Below are positions 38,272-51,095 of a stretch of 64,000 bases of DNA, in pieces. The stretch comes from Octopus bimaculoides (Eukaryota): assembly GCF_001194135.2 (NCBI RefSeq), contig NC_068991.1, positions 1,206,973-1,270,972 of the forward strand, in the 5' to 3' direction. The notes beneath the pieces are model-generated. The model was not told the DNA's origin, did not search any database, and saw nothing but the letters and a program-made list of their open reading frames with translations. The translations under genes were made by a program, and so were the position numbers. Positions within the stretch are counted from its first letter, which is position 1. Every line of letters starts with the position of its first letter.

Positions 38272-38362
38272 CTTCTTCTTCTTCTTCTTCTTCTTCTTCT
38301 TCTTCTTCTTCTTCTTCTTCTTCTTCTTCTTCTTCTTCTTCTTCTTCTTCTTCTTCTTCTTC
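38225..38362. repeat. Compound (GTT)n-(CTT)n microsatellite
   Basis: Direct reading. Confidence 0.95.
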
Positions 38363-38620
38363 TAGTTTTTGATGCCATAACAATGTGATGTAGGAATTTT
38401 GATGTATGTTTGTTAATACAAGTCGATGCCCAATTGTTAAGCTGCTTATGAAGCCAAAATATTAACACGTTTGCCATAGTCACGTGATACGACTCCCAAA
38501 TCTCCTCATCTCATTCTTCTCGAAACCACAGCCGACCATTCAATAAAAGATTACATTATTTGCATGAGTTTATGTCGCGTTTAAATTGCTGTTCCCGTCG
38601 TTGTTTTTGGAGATAGTCTT

Positions 38621-38623
<3 letters not shown>

Positions 38624-38696
<73 letters not shown>
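38624..38696. repeat. (AGT)n microsatellite
   Basis: Direct reading. Confidence 0.95.
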
Positions 38697-39264
38697 CTAT
38701 CTTCGTCATTATTTCTGATAATACAATGACGTGTCCGAAATTGTTCGGTAGAAAAATGTTACCGGTGAAATAAGTAGCAATTCTAGTATGAAGGACGAAT
38801 TCAATAAAGCAGACGATCGTCGTGAGACATCCAGATTAAGAATATTTTTGAGGGAGAAGAACAAAAAAAGAGAAAAAGAAAGAAAAAAAGGACTGAAAGG
38901 AAGAGAATAAGAGAAAGAATGAAAGAAAAGAAGAAATTATAAAAGTGACAAAAAGAATGTTTATATATATATATATATATATATACGCACAAATACACAC
39001 ACATATACATTTAGATATGTATGTACATGCTTGTATATTCATGTATTTGTGTGTTTTTGTATAAGGAGTCTAAAATGGCGGACAAGTTTTCAAGTCAAGA
39101 GAAAGGAGAAGCAATTAAGTTATGCAAATATGCAGATAATTATCTGCTCCGAACTGCAAAACAGGTAAACCGAGATCGAGTGGCAGAAGTGAACGCCACT
39201 TTTCATTTATATATTTATTTATTTACTTATATATTTATCTATTTATCTGTTGTTGTTGTTGTTG

Positions 39265-39334
<70 letters not shown>

Positions 39335-39665
39335 CATTGTTGTTATTGTTATCAATGCAGCTGCTTTCTGGTTTGAAATTGTATGAAGTGTTTTGCGTCT
39401 TAGAAGATGACGTTTGGAATGAGAAACAAGGAGGGAGGATAGAGGAGGTGTTAGAAGGAATTAAGGAGAACAGAGGGGGGATTGAGGGTGAGGTGTGAGT
39501 GAGAGGAACAGAGATAGTAGAGGGTAAAGAGAGGGAAGGAGTGAAGGGACAGAATGGGAGGTGGAAAGATAAGGATAAGCTGTGGCCTCTATACTGTCTC
39601 TGTGTCAGTGTAGAGAGAGGTGAAGAGATGGGCATAGGGATAGAGAGGTAGAAAGATAGATAGAC

Positions 39666-39724
<59 letters not shown>

Positions 39725-39899
39725 NNNNNNNNNNNNNNNNNNNNNNNNNNNNNNNNNNNNNNNNNNNNNNNNNNNNNNNNNNNNNNNNNNNNNNNNNNNN
39801 NNNNNNNNNNNNNNNNNNNNNNNNNNNNNNNNNNNNNNNNNNNNNNNNNNNNNNNNNNNNNNNNNNNNNNNNNNNNNNNNNNNNNNNNNNNNNNNNNNN

Positions 39900-39938
<39 letters not shown>

Positions 39939-41607
39939 GTACGTACATACACGCATATTTATGTATATACACACATCAACAAATATATGCATATGTGTGT
40001 GTGTGTATATATATGTATATATATGTGTATGTATATATATGTGTGTATATATGTATATATGTGTGTATATATATGCTATATACATATATTTGTATATACA
40101 TACACACACACACATACGCACACACATTAAGGGAGAAAGAAGTGGGTGGGTGGGTGTTGGTGATTGAGGCTCCACAGCGAGTCGTAATTATATTTCTGTG
40201 ACGATTATTGTATTTGCTGACTTATAAGGAATAAATAAAAACTCCAAACATAAATAAAAACACAAACATGTTCTAAACAACAAAAGCTTGTGATCCCAAC
40301 ACCGACTGGCGGTCGAGGGAACGCGGTTTCAAGTGGTGCACTTGTGGGTGTGTTAAAGACATTTTATTGTAGCCGTGGCTGTAACAGGAGCGGCGGCGTC
40401 GGCGTTGGGGGTGGGCAGCTGTAGAGTGTCGTGTTGTGGAGTGAATGTGGGGGATTTACCACACCAACGTGGGACTAGTGGAGTCCGAGAGAAGGGCTAC
40501 AGTGGAACTGAGTGGAGCGGGTGATGGTGGGTGTGTGAGTCCGAGGTATTGATTGTAGAATGGAAATAGAAAGGAGGGGGGTGCAAATTGAATACGTAAT
40601 GACGGGAGGATCTTGCATATTACTAATACACACACACACACACACACACAAATAAAACGAGAGACGCAGTTAACCATGCGTTGTTTTTTTTCTTTTGTAA
40701 TTCTTTTCTCAGTATAAAGAAGAGACTTGTTTCTTACAAAAAAATAAAACCTCCATCGCTTTCTGAACGTCTTGTATATTTTAACTGTTCCACTTAAAAA
40801 CTGTATTTGTAAAATACGTGTCAGCCAGTCACTTCTTTTGACAATTACTGAGTAACAGCTTTTTGTTATATTTCTGCTGCTTTTAAATAAAGCATATTAC
40901 TCTACCTCTGGTATTTGAGTACTCTTTTTTTCCACCTTGTTTCACGTTATGTGCTTACACATATACATACACACCTATGAGTATGTATGCATGGATATAT
41001 ACATATATACGAATATGCGTGTGCGTGTGTTTGTGTTTCTGTGTGTATGTGTGTGTGTGAGAGAGAGAATATATATATATATATATATATATATGCATGC
41101 GTGCATATGTATGTACGTGTGTGCGTGAGTTCGAGTACGACAAGCTGGAGGTTGAACAATCAGCTAAGAGGAAGGGATGACAGAAGAAACACATTATCAA
41201 AATTAATTAAGAGTTCCAGAGGCGGGAGATGAAATAATTACGGTTATGTTGTAATGAAGGTTAACAAGTTAATAAGACAAGATATAGATAAAAGTAAATG
41301 TCACAGTGTTAGGGAGATTAATAAAGTTGATTGCCAGATAGAGTAAGGCCCGGAAGTTGGCTTATTTGTAAGAGAAAAAACGTTTAATATAGTTATTATA
41401 TGTCTAGTTAGCATATACACGCATACATGCATGCATACATACGTACATACATACATACATACATACGTACATACATACATACATACTTACATAAATACAT
41501 ACGTGTTGGTGGTTTGCGTGTGTTCAAGATAAATGGTGCAGTTCTCGGAGTTTCTGGATGGAAAAAAACATTTTTCCATTCAATACCTGTGTTTTAAAAC
41601 ATTTAAT

Positions 41608-41659
<52 letters not shown>

Positions 41660-41740
41660 NNNNNNNNNNNNNNNNNNNNNNNNNNNNNNNNNNNNNNNNN
41701 NNNNNNNNNNNNNNNNNNNNNNNNNNNNNNNNNNNNNNNN

Positions 41741-41794
<54 letters not shown>

Positions 41795-41887
41795 ACATAC
41801 ACACTCAAACACAAGCACACACACTCACGTCTCCTTCTGCTCCATCCCCAGCCCCATGGTTCCAGAAATACATATAAACATAGATAT

Positions 41888-42650
41888 TGCTGTTGTTGTT
41901 GTTGACTTATTTCATCTGCCCCCAAGTAAAATCCCGATCGAACAGCTGTACGACCTTGAATTTGTTTTTAACGCCTAGGCTGGAAGAAGCAGTGCTTGGG
42001 ACCTTTGCAGTTCTTCTGAAGTTCCCGTGGTTGATGCTGTTATTGTTCCGTTTAATCCGTAGTTGTAGGTCAACCGCTGCAGGAAGCACTTGAGCAGGGA
42101 GAAGATTCCAAACGACCCCTGTTAGGGAGAAGAAAGACCAGACATAACGGTTAATCAATGTCCGGATAGTTGGGGACAGGGAAAGTCGATGTAAAATGGA
42201 TGAGAAGTAGAAAGATGAGTGGATGGGGAATGCCTGATTGGTGGAAAAGTCAGCTCCGAAGAGTGGAGGCCATTATTGCAGAGAGCGAGAGAGGAGACAA
42301 CACGCTAGTGGGTCAGAAACCAGAATGTCTCCATTAGCGACTGGATTCTAATCAATCAAGAGACCCTTCATTGTATGCTGTTCAAGATCTCTAGTATGTA
42401 TAGGAGCGGTATCATCTCATATTGAGGAGTAGTACTCAATCGTGGGAGATTTATAGAATGTCAACAGTTGTTGAGGTCTGAAATCTTTTCTGGTTCTACA
42501 GAGACGAACAAGTCTTCGGGTACGGTCCTTGAATCGCTAAGAATGTGCTTTTGTCGGGAGAGATCTACGATTTTAGAGTGATCCGGCATTTGGAGCTACC
42601 GTGAGGGCGCTGGCTGAGTACCGGTAATGTTTAATGGGTTGTTATGCTGT
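41888..42650 (-). mobile_element. Decayed CR1/L2 (Jockey-group) LINE 3' fragment, related to the 17640 copy
   Basis: Minus-strand peptides DLSRQKHILS, RTRKDFRPQQLLTFYKSPTIEYYSSI and NRYVWSFFSLTGVVWNLLPAQVLP; (CAA)n tail at about 41888-41905. Confidence 0.75.
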
Positions 42651-44068
42651 GGCGTTTTCTTGGTACATGTAGTGCTTGAAGATTTTTGCTGTTAAAAGAA
42701 ACAAAATCGATATGACTACACTGTGTCTAAGAATATGTAATCTTATGAAGACAATGACGGAGATTTGGTAATATTTCTAGCATCTAGCAAACAGAATGAC
42801 TCCATAGATACTCCATGTTTATCGCCGGAGCATTTGTGTCAAACCGGGCGTTGTGTTAGAGGCCCTACATAAAGAAATTTAGTGACCAAATAGTTGTCTT
42901 AAACTATCTAATAATGCTTGAAATGGAACACGTACCTCTAACCTCTCAGCTAGAAGTTCAGTACGTTACCCACTCAGCCATTTCTGTGTATCACAGCTTG
43001 TTTCTTATCTTCTTTTTGGAAGCCACAAGTTAAAAGTGTGCCAATGAAAATATAAATACCAACCTCTAGTTTCCTCGCCCGTAATTGTACTCCTTGACCC
43101 AGGCCTCCACACATCAAAAACAACAAGGATAGCAGCGATATTGTAACATGACCAGTAATTGGCCCGTTAAGGTTTCAATCTCGGTTCGGTGTAATTCAGT
43201 GCAGAAAAAAGGTTGAATTACAAATCGAAAATGGTGTTAATTATTCTACGAAACCATTATTTTCTTGTTCTGTTACACTCTTAAAATAATTATAGCATCA
43301 TTGTTCTTATTACCATTATTCCATCATTCCTGAAAATGCAATAATCATCTGCCATTCTATATCCAATACAGATGTGGGTACTTTTGCATGTATATATATA
43401 CGTGCGTGTGCGTGTGTGTGTATGTGTGTGTGTGCATGTGCGTGTGTGTGTGCATATGCGTGTGTGTGTGTGTGTGTGTGGATGTCTAATGTTACATGAG
43501 TGGGTGTATAATATTTGGTTCAACATTTTTCGGGAACGTTTCTGAATGATTGACCGAAATCGAGAAATTCAAAACGGAACCTCACCCCTTNNNNNNNNNN
43601 NNNNNNNNNNNNNNNNNNNNNNNNNNNNNNNNNNNNNNNNNNNNNNNNNNNNNNNNNNNNNNNNNNNNNNNNNNNNNNNNNNNNNNNNNNNNNNNNNNNN
43701 NNNNNNNNNNNNNNNNNNNNNNNNNNNNNNNNNNNNNNNNNNNNNNNNNNNNNNNNNNNNNNNNNNNNNNNNNNNNNNNNNNNNNNNNNNNNNNNNNNNN
43801 NNNNNNNNNNNNNNNNNNNNNNNNNNNNNNNNNNNNNNNNNNNNNNNNNNNNNNNNNNNNNNNNNNNNNNNNNNNNNNNNNNNNNNNNNNNNNNNNNNNN
43901 NNNNNNNNNNNNNNNNNNNNNNNNNNNNNNNNNNNNNNNNNNNNNNNNNNNNNNNNNNNNNNNNNNNNNNNNNNNNNNNNNNNNNNNNNNNNNNNNNNNN
44001 NNNNNNNNNNNNNNNNNNNNNNNNNNNNNNNNNNNNNNNNNNNNNNNNNNNNNNNNNNNNNNNACAGA

Positions 44069-44106
<38 letters not shown>

Positions 44107-44324
44107 CATGCACATGTATGCACACACACATACCACGTGCACGTGCCCACTCTCGTAAACAATCGCACAAGTTACTTTCAAATGTATTTATATATTCATC
44201 CGCCTTGTTGACAGGCAACCACCAAGTGTGTGTATAATATATACATACATATACACATACATACATGCATATCTTTGTATCACTCTCTCTCTATATATAT
44301 CTATAACTGAATCTATCTATCTAT

Positions 44325-44381
<57 letters not shown>

Positions 44382-44639
44382 TGTGTGTGTGCATGTATGT
44401 ACTTATAATTAAATGGGTGCGTATGTGCGTATGAGGCGTCGGTTGTCTAGTTATCTGCATGTATACACAGCATGTATACACACCCAACATACGTGGCATC
44501 AGACAGATATTGTGCGTTTAAAGAATTTTGATGCGATCCTGCAAAGCAATAACCACACTTGAGACCGAACGGAATTTGGTCACGTGTGTGTGTGTGGACT
44601 CACGCACGCATTCATATATGTCTATACATGTGTGTTTAT

Positions 44640-44702
<63 letters not shown>

Positions 44703-44843
44703 CATATATACATATTTGAATTTATATGTATACGTACACACACATATACACGCACGCACACAGATACACACAGAGGTGTAAGACACATAAGAGCGCACAA
44801 ATGTAGACATATTCACGTACGCTAAAATACGCACACACACATA

Positions 44844-44881
<38 letters not shown>

Positions 44882-45060
44882 CACACACTCACACACATTC
44901 ACAAAGAAACACATGCCATCAATGGTTTCCAAAAGTCTGGCGTATCTACGTTAGCGAGGTGAAATTTCTTCCAATATGCATTCGTTAGATAAAGAAGCCA
45001 TTCGCGTTGACTGTTTATACATACAAACATACACACATATATGCATTCATATACATTATA

Positions 45061-45146
45061 TACATATATATATGTATATACGTATATTCACGCGCACATA
45101 TACATATATATATGTATATACGTATATTCACGCGCACATATACATA
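45061..45146. repeat. 40-bp tandem repeat, two copies
   Basis: TACATATATATATGTATATACGTATATTCACGCGCACATA at 45061 and 45101. Confidence 0.9.
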
Positions 45147-46209
45147 CAGACATGATACTTCTACGCACACACCTTACATTTATATGGGCATGTCTATGTC
45201 TCCAGAATACCATCTATGGACTTGTGGCTTTGTTTAGTCCACACCACCACTACTACCACCACCACCGCCGCCGCCNNNNNNNNNNNNNNNNNNNNNNNNN
45301 NNNNNNNNNNNNNNNNNNNNNNNNNNNNNNNNNNNNNNNNNNNNNNNNNNNNNNNNNNNNNNNNNNNNNNNNNNNNNNNNNNNNNNNNNNNNNNNNNNNN
45401 NNNNNNNNNNNNNNNNNCAGCAGCAGCAGCGACTAGTCTCACGTGCGATGTGCCAGGAGTGTTTGTTATAAAGATGGCGTCCACCGTTATCTTATCTCGT
45501 CATCGTGACGGCCACAACCAACACTGTTCTCTGTTAAAGGCTCTTCTCTTGTTAGTTTCACTATTTATTTGGCCGTCTCTTCATGGAACTTGTCTTTGTT
45601 TGTACATGCCTGTCTGTCTATTAGTCTATTGGTCTGCCTTCTACGAATGTACTTATGTACGTATGTATGTATGTATGGAAGGATATATGTATGTCTAAGC
45701 ACATGGGCGTATGTGCATTTGTGAGTAGTTGTGTGTGTGTGTGTGTGTGTGTGTAGATAGAAAGATAGATAGATAGATAGGTATAATACGACTGTGTGTC
45801 ATATTATACATACATACTCCGCCCAGATTACAAGTTCAGGTTTATACCTGTAATTACTAGGGCACTGGGATATGTAAACAACTGCACAATCTTGAAAAAT
45901 AACGCCTCTCAAAATCAGAATGGAGAAAGCTTATTAGACGATTATAGATCCAATCCATCAATGGAACTGTTAAAATCTGTAAAATTAAAATATAGTTCAT
46001 GTTCCATACTCTCGTGTTTCGTATCTTTTTGTTGTACACGTTTCGTGACGTCCTGTGCCCACATATGCATATATATATATATACGTATAGATGTAAGCAT
46101 GTACATATACGTATGTATATATGCATACATATATTATTTATATTATTATATATATATATATATATATTATTTATATTACATACATACATACATACATACA
46201 TACCCACAC

Positions 46210-46490
46210 GCTGTGCATTGCGACAAGAACCATATGTCAATATATATACGGAGAAAACCCACAAAATCTTGTTCCCATCTTTCTCAGACAAAACATACAT
46301 TGCCAGATCCAAACATCTTTTATTTGAATCACCGCACCAGGAATCAATTCTGGTCTTACGAAACATGACCGAATTTAGTCCCAACACTTTCGAAAGGCAC
46401 CTAAATGTACGTCTCTCTGACATTCCAGATCTGCCATCTGCTACATACTCGAACCAAAGCAGTGCAGCCTCGCTGATTGGATGATCCATC
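46210..46490 (+). mobile_element. Decayed LINE 3' end (CR1-group, mollusc-type C-terminus)
   Basis: Peptide LRNMTEFSPNTFERHLNVRLSDIPDLP...AASLI resembles the LRN...FKxxLDxxLxxIPDxP...AAxNSL C-terminus of invertebrate CR1-group ORF2. Confidence 0.45.
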
Positions 46491-46571
46491 AAAGCACGAA
46501 GAAAACACTGGATCGTTGGATAAACTCACAAACATAAATAAAGGAAGAGAATATGCATTATTTGGTAAGAG

Positions 46572-46790
46572 CAAAGCCGATGAGCTGGCAGAAACGTTAG
46601 CACACCGGGCGAAATGCTTGGCAGTATTTCGTCTGTCTTTACGTTCTGAGTTCAAATTCCGCCGGGGTCGACTTTTGCCTTTCATCCTTTCGGGGTCGAT
46701 AAATTAAGTACCAGTTGCGTACTAGGGTCGATCTAATCGACTGGCCCCCTTCCCCAAAATTTCAGGACTTGTGCCCAGAGTAGAAAAGAA
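46572..46790 (+). mobile_element. SINE family A, full-length, with 13-bp TSD
   Basis: Head GAGCTGGCAGAAACGTTAGC, B-box GAGTTCAAATTCC, body CTTTCATCCTTTCGGGGTCGATAAATTAAGTACCAG. TATTTGGTAAGAG is repeated exactly at 46559-71 and 46791-803. Confidence 0.85.
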
Positions 46791-47371
46791 TATTTGGTAA
46801 GAGTGTTCTAGCATCGCCATGCTTGTCACGTCTAAAACAAACAAAACCACAAAAGAACACACCCACACTCACACATTATATATTTATTTGCGAATGCACG
46901 CACACACGTATGTATGTATGTATGTATGTACATATAGAAAAAATTATATACATGAAAATATTTCCTTTTGATGTTAGATTGGTGGCAATTATGATGATAA
47001 TTATCAAATTATGAACAACCTGCAATAATTACCAGACGTCTTTGATGATTTTAATTATATAATTCTACTTATTTATTTATTAAAATGGTTTTTTACGACA
47101 GAATCCAAAAATAGCTGATCATATAGATTGCCATTAAGATATATTTTTAAATATCTTCCAACGAAGGAATTCACAATATACATACCAGATATTATTTATT
47201 CAACCAAATATTGTTGTTGTAGTTATTGTAGAATACAAGTAATAATATATTAACATATTATATATCATAAATATGGGAGTTACTTCAACGTATCGTAAGA
47301 TAAATACTGCGTACTTAACCAATCCTGGCGCCCTACATGTTGATGTGCCTAGATTCTAACGAATCTTGTAA

Positions 47372-47403
<32 letters not shown>

Positions 47404-47769
47404 NNNNNNNNNNNNNNNNNNNNNNNNNNNNNNNNNNNNNNNNNNNNNNNNNNNNNNNNNNNNNNNNNNNNNNNNNNNNNNNNNNNNNNNNNNNNNNNNN
47501 NNNNNNNNNNNNNNNNNNNNNNNNNNNNNNNNNNNNNNNNNNNNNNNNNNNNNNNNNNNNNNNNNNNNNNNNNNNNNNNNNNNNNNNNNNNNNNNNNNNN
47601 NNNNNNNNNNNNNNNNNNNNNNNNNNNNNNNNNNNNNNNNNNNNNNNNNNNNNNNNNNNNNNNNNNNNNNNNNNNNNNNNNNNNNNNNNNNNNNNNNNNN
47701 NNNNNNNNNNNNNNNNNNNNNNNNNNNNNNNNNNNNNNNNNNNNNNNNNNNNNNNNNNNNNNNNNNNNN

Positions 47770-47829
<60 letters not shown>

Positions 47830-48005
47830 TCGAAAACTACCTTAGGAATGAGAACCCAGGTTCGAAATTTCCCCAAGACATCTGATGAAGGTTGGAGGGT
47901 ATATCAGCCGAAACGTTGTGTTAACAACAAACAAAATGAAGACAAATATCCGTCAAATGTAAATAATGTAAATAATGTACATAATTCCTTATCTCTTAAA
48001 TATAG
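47830..48005 (+). mobile_element. Penelope-like pLTR / retrozyme-type short repeat carrying a hammerhead ribozyme
   Basis: Starts directly after a (TAA)n tract and contains the CTGATGA-stem-GAAAC-GTT core. Resembles an abundant Octopus interspersed repeat (from memory). Confidence 0.6.
47877..47922 (+). ncRNA. Minimal type I hammerhead ribozyme motif
   Basis: Helix I GACAU(47877-81)/GUGUU(47918-22); CUGAUGA 47882-88; helix II GGUUG(47890-94)/CAGCC(47905-09); GAAAC 47910-14; GUU cleavage triplet 47915-17. Helix III is reduced to the palindrome ACGU. Confidence 0.7.
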
Positions 48006-48009
48006 AACT

Positions 48010-48095
48010 GTATTATCGGGTCGATTTATTCTACCGAACCCTTCAGGCGGTGCTCCAGCATGGCAACCGTTTAATGACCGAAACAAGTCAAAGAC
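48010..48095 (+). mobile_element. SINE family B, 3' tail fragment
   Basis: GGGTCGATTT...AGGCGGTGCTCCAGCATGGC...AATGACCGAAACAAGT. Confidence 0.7.
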
Positions 48096-48164
48096 AACAG
48101 AATTCTAAGATTAGCAGAAGCCCACAAATTTTTTCGGGAGAAATTCCTGTCAATGCTATCGATG

Positions 48165-48265
48165 ACAGTATTTGAGTGGTCCTTATTTATTGACCCCTAC
48201 AAGAATGAAAGACGAAGTCGAGCAAGATTTGAATTCAGAACGTTTTGTAACTAAATACCAAAAAG
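48165..48265 (-). mobile_element. SINE family A fragment
   Basis: TTATTTATTGACCCC...ATGAAAGACGAAGTCGA..GATTTGAATTCAGAACG. Confidence 0.6.
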
Positions 48266-49320
48266 TAGTTTTTTCATCCGCCTCTGTTGATGCGGTCATG
48301 CTATGGTAAAGAAATACGATACAAAGACTGGTTGGCGCACAAATCGCTCTCTGGAATCTTAAATAAAAGCTTTAATAAAAAGAAAATAGTAAAGAAATTT
48401 TTTCTTTTTTTTTTTTATTATTTTGGAACTTGGGAATTACTTTGAACTAATTGAAGAATTTTACATCCTGGAAATGCCTTCCATTTTCAGCTTCAAAGAG
48501 TGGAACTCCTTCAAAGCATTGTACCATGACAAGTCAGAATCTTTTTGGCTCCAAAAATCTAAATTTTTTGTTGAATATTATTATTTATCCTTTCATGGAA
48601 TGGTTATATCCGTTTTTTTTTGTCTTTATCAAAACATTAAAAAAAAAAAGAAAAATGCTATCAAAATCCTTTTTAAGATTATTTAAAATTTAAATATCAA
48701 AAATGACTTTTGCTTCACCTTCTATAAATTCAAATATAGATTATTGATCTTTGTTTCGAATTGTATATCAATAACTTATTGATATTGTTTAACCCAAGTT
48801 TGTCGTGATCGAAGTAAATCTTTACACAATGCTGTTCTTTCTTTAAACGTGTATTCGGGGGAATTCAGTTGTTATTTGTTGCAGGTCAACTACATATAGG
48901 ATCTCTCATCGGTTGGACTGTGAAAATGTATACAGTTAATGTGTCCTGTTAATGGAAAGTTGGCGAGTAATGTTAAAACAAGATAAGTTTTTGGTTTTTA
49001 TGATTACGGATTGTGTATCAATTGCAGATGATTAGAAATGTAACAGACGAAATATATCCGCAACTGAAATTTACAGTGGTGACATATCGTTACACAAGAA
49101 ACTTCTTTTATTAGAGATGAGTGATAGGCTGAGGTAGATCAAACAGAAAAATATGGCTAATGACCGATGACATGGGCTGCAGTCCAACGACTGGAACAAA
49201 TAAAAGACAATATGCGTCAGACTAGAAACGGAAGTTTATGAAATATAGACACACACATAAGAATACATGCACCCCACTCATTCACACACACATATTATAA
49301 ATAGAAATGTATGTGTTTGT

Positions 49321-49391
<71 letters not shown>

Positions 49392-49746
49392 CGTGTGTGT
49401 TAGTGTTTGTGCATGTATGCGTATGAGTGTATATAGGTAAGTGAAATTGTGCGGAAGCATTGGTCTGTTCCACACCGGTTTTCAGGTGTATGTATGTATT
49501 GACTCGGTAATACGTGTGCTGTGTTTTATATTTTGAAAAGCTGCATACATGCACATACAGGCTCATACATTTGTGTGTATGTATATGAGTATGTATGTAT
49601 ATACTTATGTATATACTTATGTATATATGTATTATGAATGTATATAAATGTATGCATGCTACGCTTGTATGCATATATGTGTGTGTGTATTTATTTATGT
49701 ATGTTTGTATGTATGCACGTTTCTATGTGTGTTGTATATATATATA

Positions 49747-50082
49747 GTGGTAGTGTGGTACGTAGCTTGCTTCACAACCGCATGGTTCCTGGTTCAGTCC
49801 CACTGTGTGGCACCTTGGGCAAGTGTCTTCTACTATAGCTTCGGGCCGATCAAAGACTTGTGAGTAGATTTGATAGACGGAAACTGAAAGAAGCCTGTCG
49901 TATATATATATATATGTATATGTTTGTGTCTGTGTTTGTCCCTCCAACATCGCTTGAGAACCGATGCTGGTGTGTTTACGTCCCCGTAATTTAGAAGTTC
50001 GACAGAGAGACAGAGCGATAGAATAAGTACTAGACTTACAAAGAATAAGTCCTAGGATCGATTTGCTCGACTAAAGGCGGTG
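49747..50082 (+). mobile_element. SINE family B: tRNA-like head, CCTTGGGCAAGT box, internal TA/TG microsatellite, 3' half
   Basis: GGTTCAGTCCCACTG..GGCACCTTGGGCAAGTGTCTTCTACTATAGC...ACGGAAACTGAAAGAAGCC, then (TA)n/(TG)n, then TTTACGTCCCCGTAA...GATAGAATAAGTACTAG...GACTAAAGGCGGTG. Confidence 0.85.
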
Positions 50083-50754
50083 ATGCATGCATGCATGTAT
50101 GTGTGAGTATGTATATGTATGTGTGTATGTCCGTATCTATGTATGCAAGTCTGCATATATGTATATGCATGTACGAATGTATGTGTGTGCGTATGTATGT
50201 ATGTGTGTGTGCATGTATGTATGTGTATATGTATGTATGTATGCATGTATGTATAACTGGACACCAGCGGGTGCAAACTCTGTGATGTGGAATCTAATGG
50301 TGATAATGGAGCAGTTACTATGCTANNNNNNNNNNNNNNNNNNNNNNNNNNNNNNNNNNNNNNNNNNNNNNNNNNNNNNNNNNNNNNNNNNNNNNNNNNN
50401 NNNNNNNNNNNNNNNNNNNNNNNNNNNNNNNNNNNNNNNNNNNNNNNNNNNNNNNNNNNNNNNNNNNNNNNNNNNNNNNNNNNNNNNNNNNNNNNNNNNN
50501 NNNNNNNNNNNNNNNNNNNNNNNNNNNNNNNNNNNNNNNNNNNNNNNNNNNNNNNNNNNNNNNNNNNNNNNNNNNNNNNNNNNNNNNNNNNNNNNNNNNN
50601 NNNNNNNNNNNNNNNNNNNNNNNNNNNNNNNNNNNNNNNNNNNNNNNNNNNNNNNNNNNNNNNNNNNNNNNNNNNNNNNNNNNNNNNNNNNNNNNNNNNN
50701 NNNNNNNNNNNNNNNNGAGGTGATGACAGTAAAAACACAAATAATAATAATAAC

Positions 50755-50798
<44 letters not shown>

Positions 50799-50927
50799 CA
50801 ACAACAACAATAGTAATGGTTTCTAGCATAGGTACAACACACACACACACACATACAAGCATGTCTGCATGTCTGCATGTACTCATATGCATAAGTGTGT
50901 GTCTGTGCGTATGTACGTATGTGCGTG

Positions 50928-50962
<35 letters not shown>

Positions 50963-50996
50963 ATACATATCCCTTATATACACATCTATCTATCTA

Positions 50997-51095
<99 letters not shown>

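Noticed and set aside
48423-48693. Overlapping 80-87 aa ORFs in complex-looking AT-rich sequence
   Set aside because: No recognisable domain and no convincing splice-site pair in any frame.
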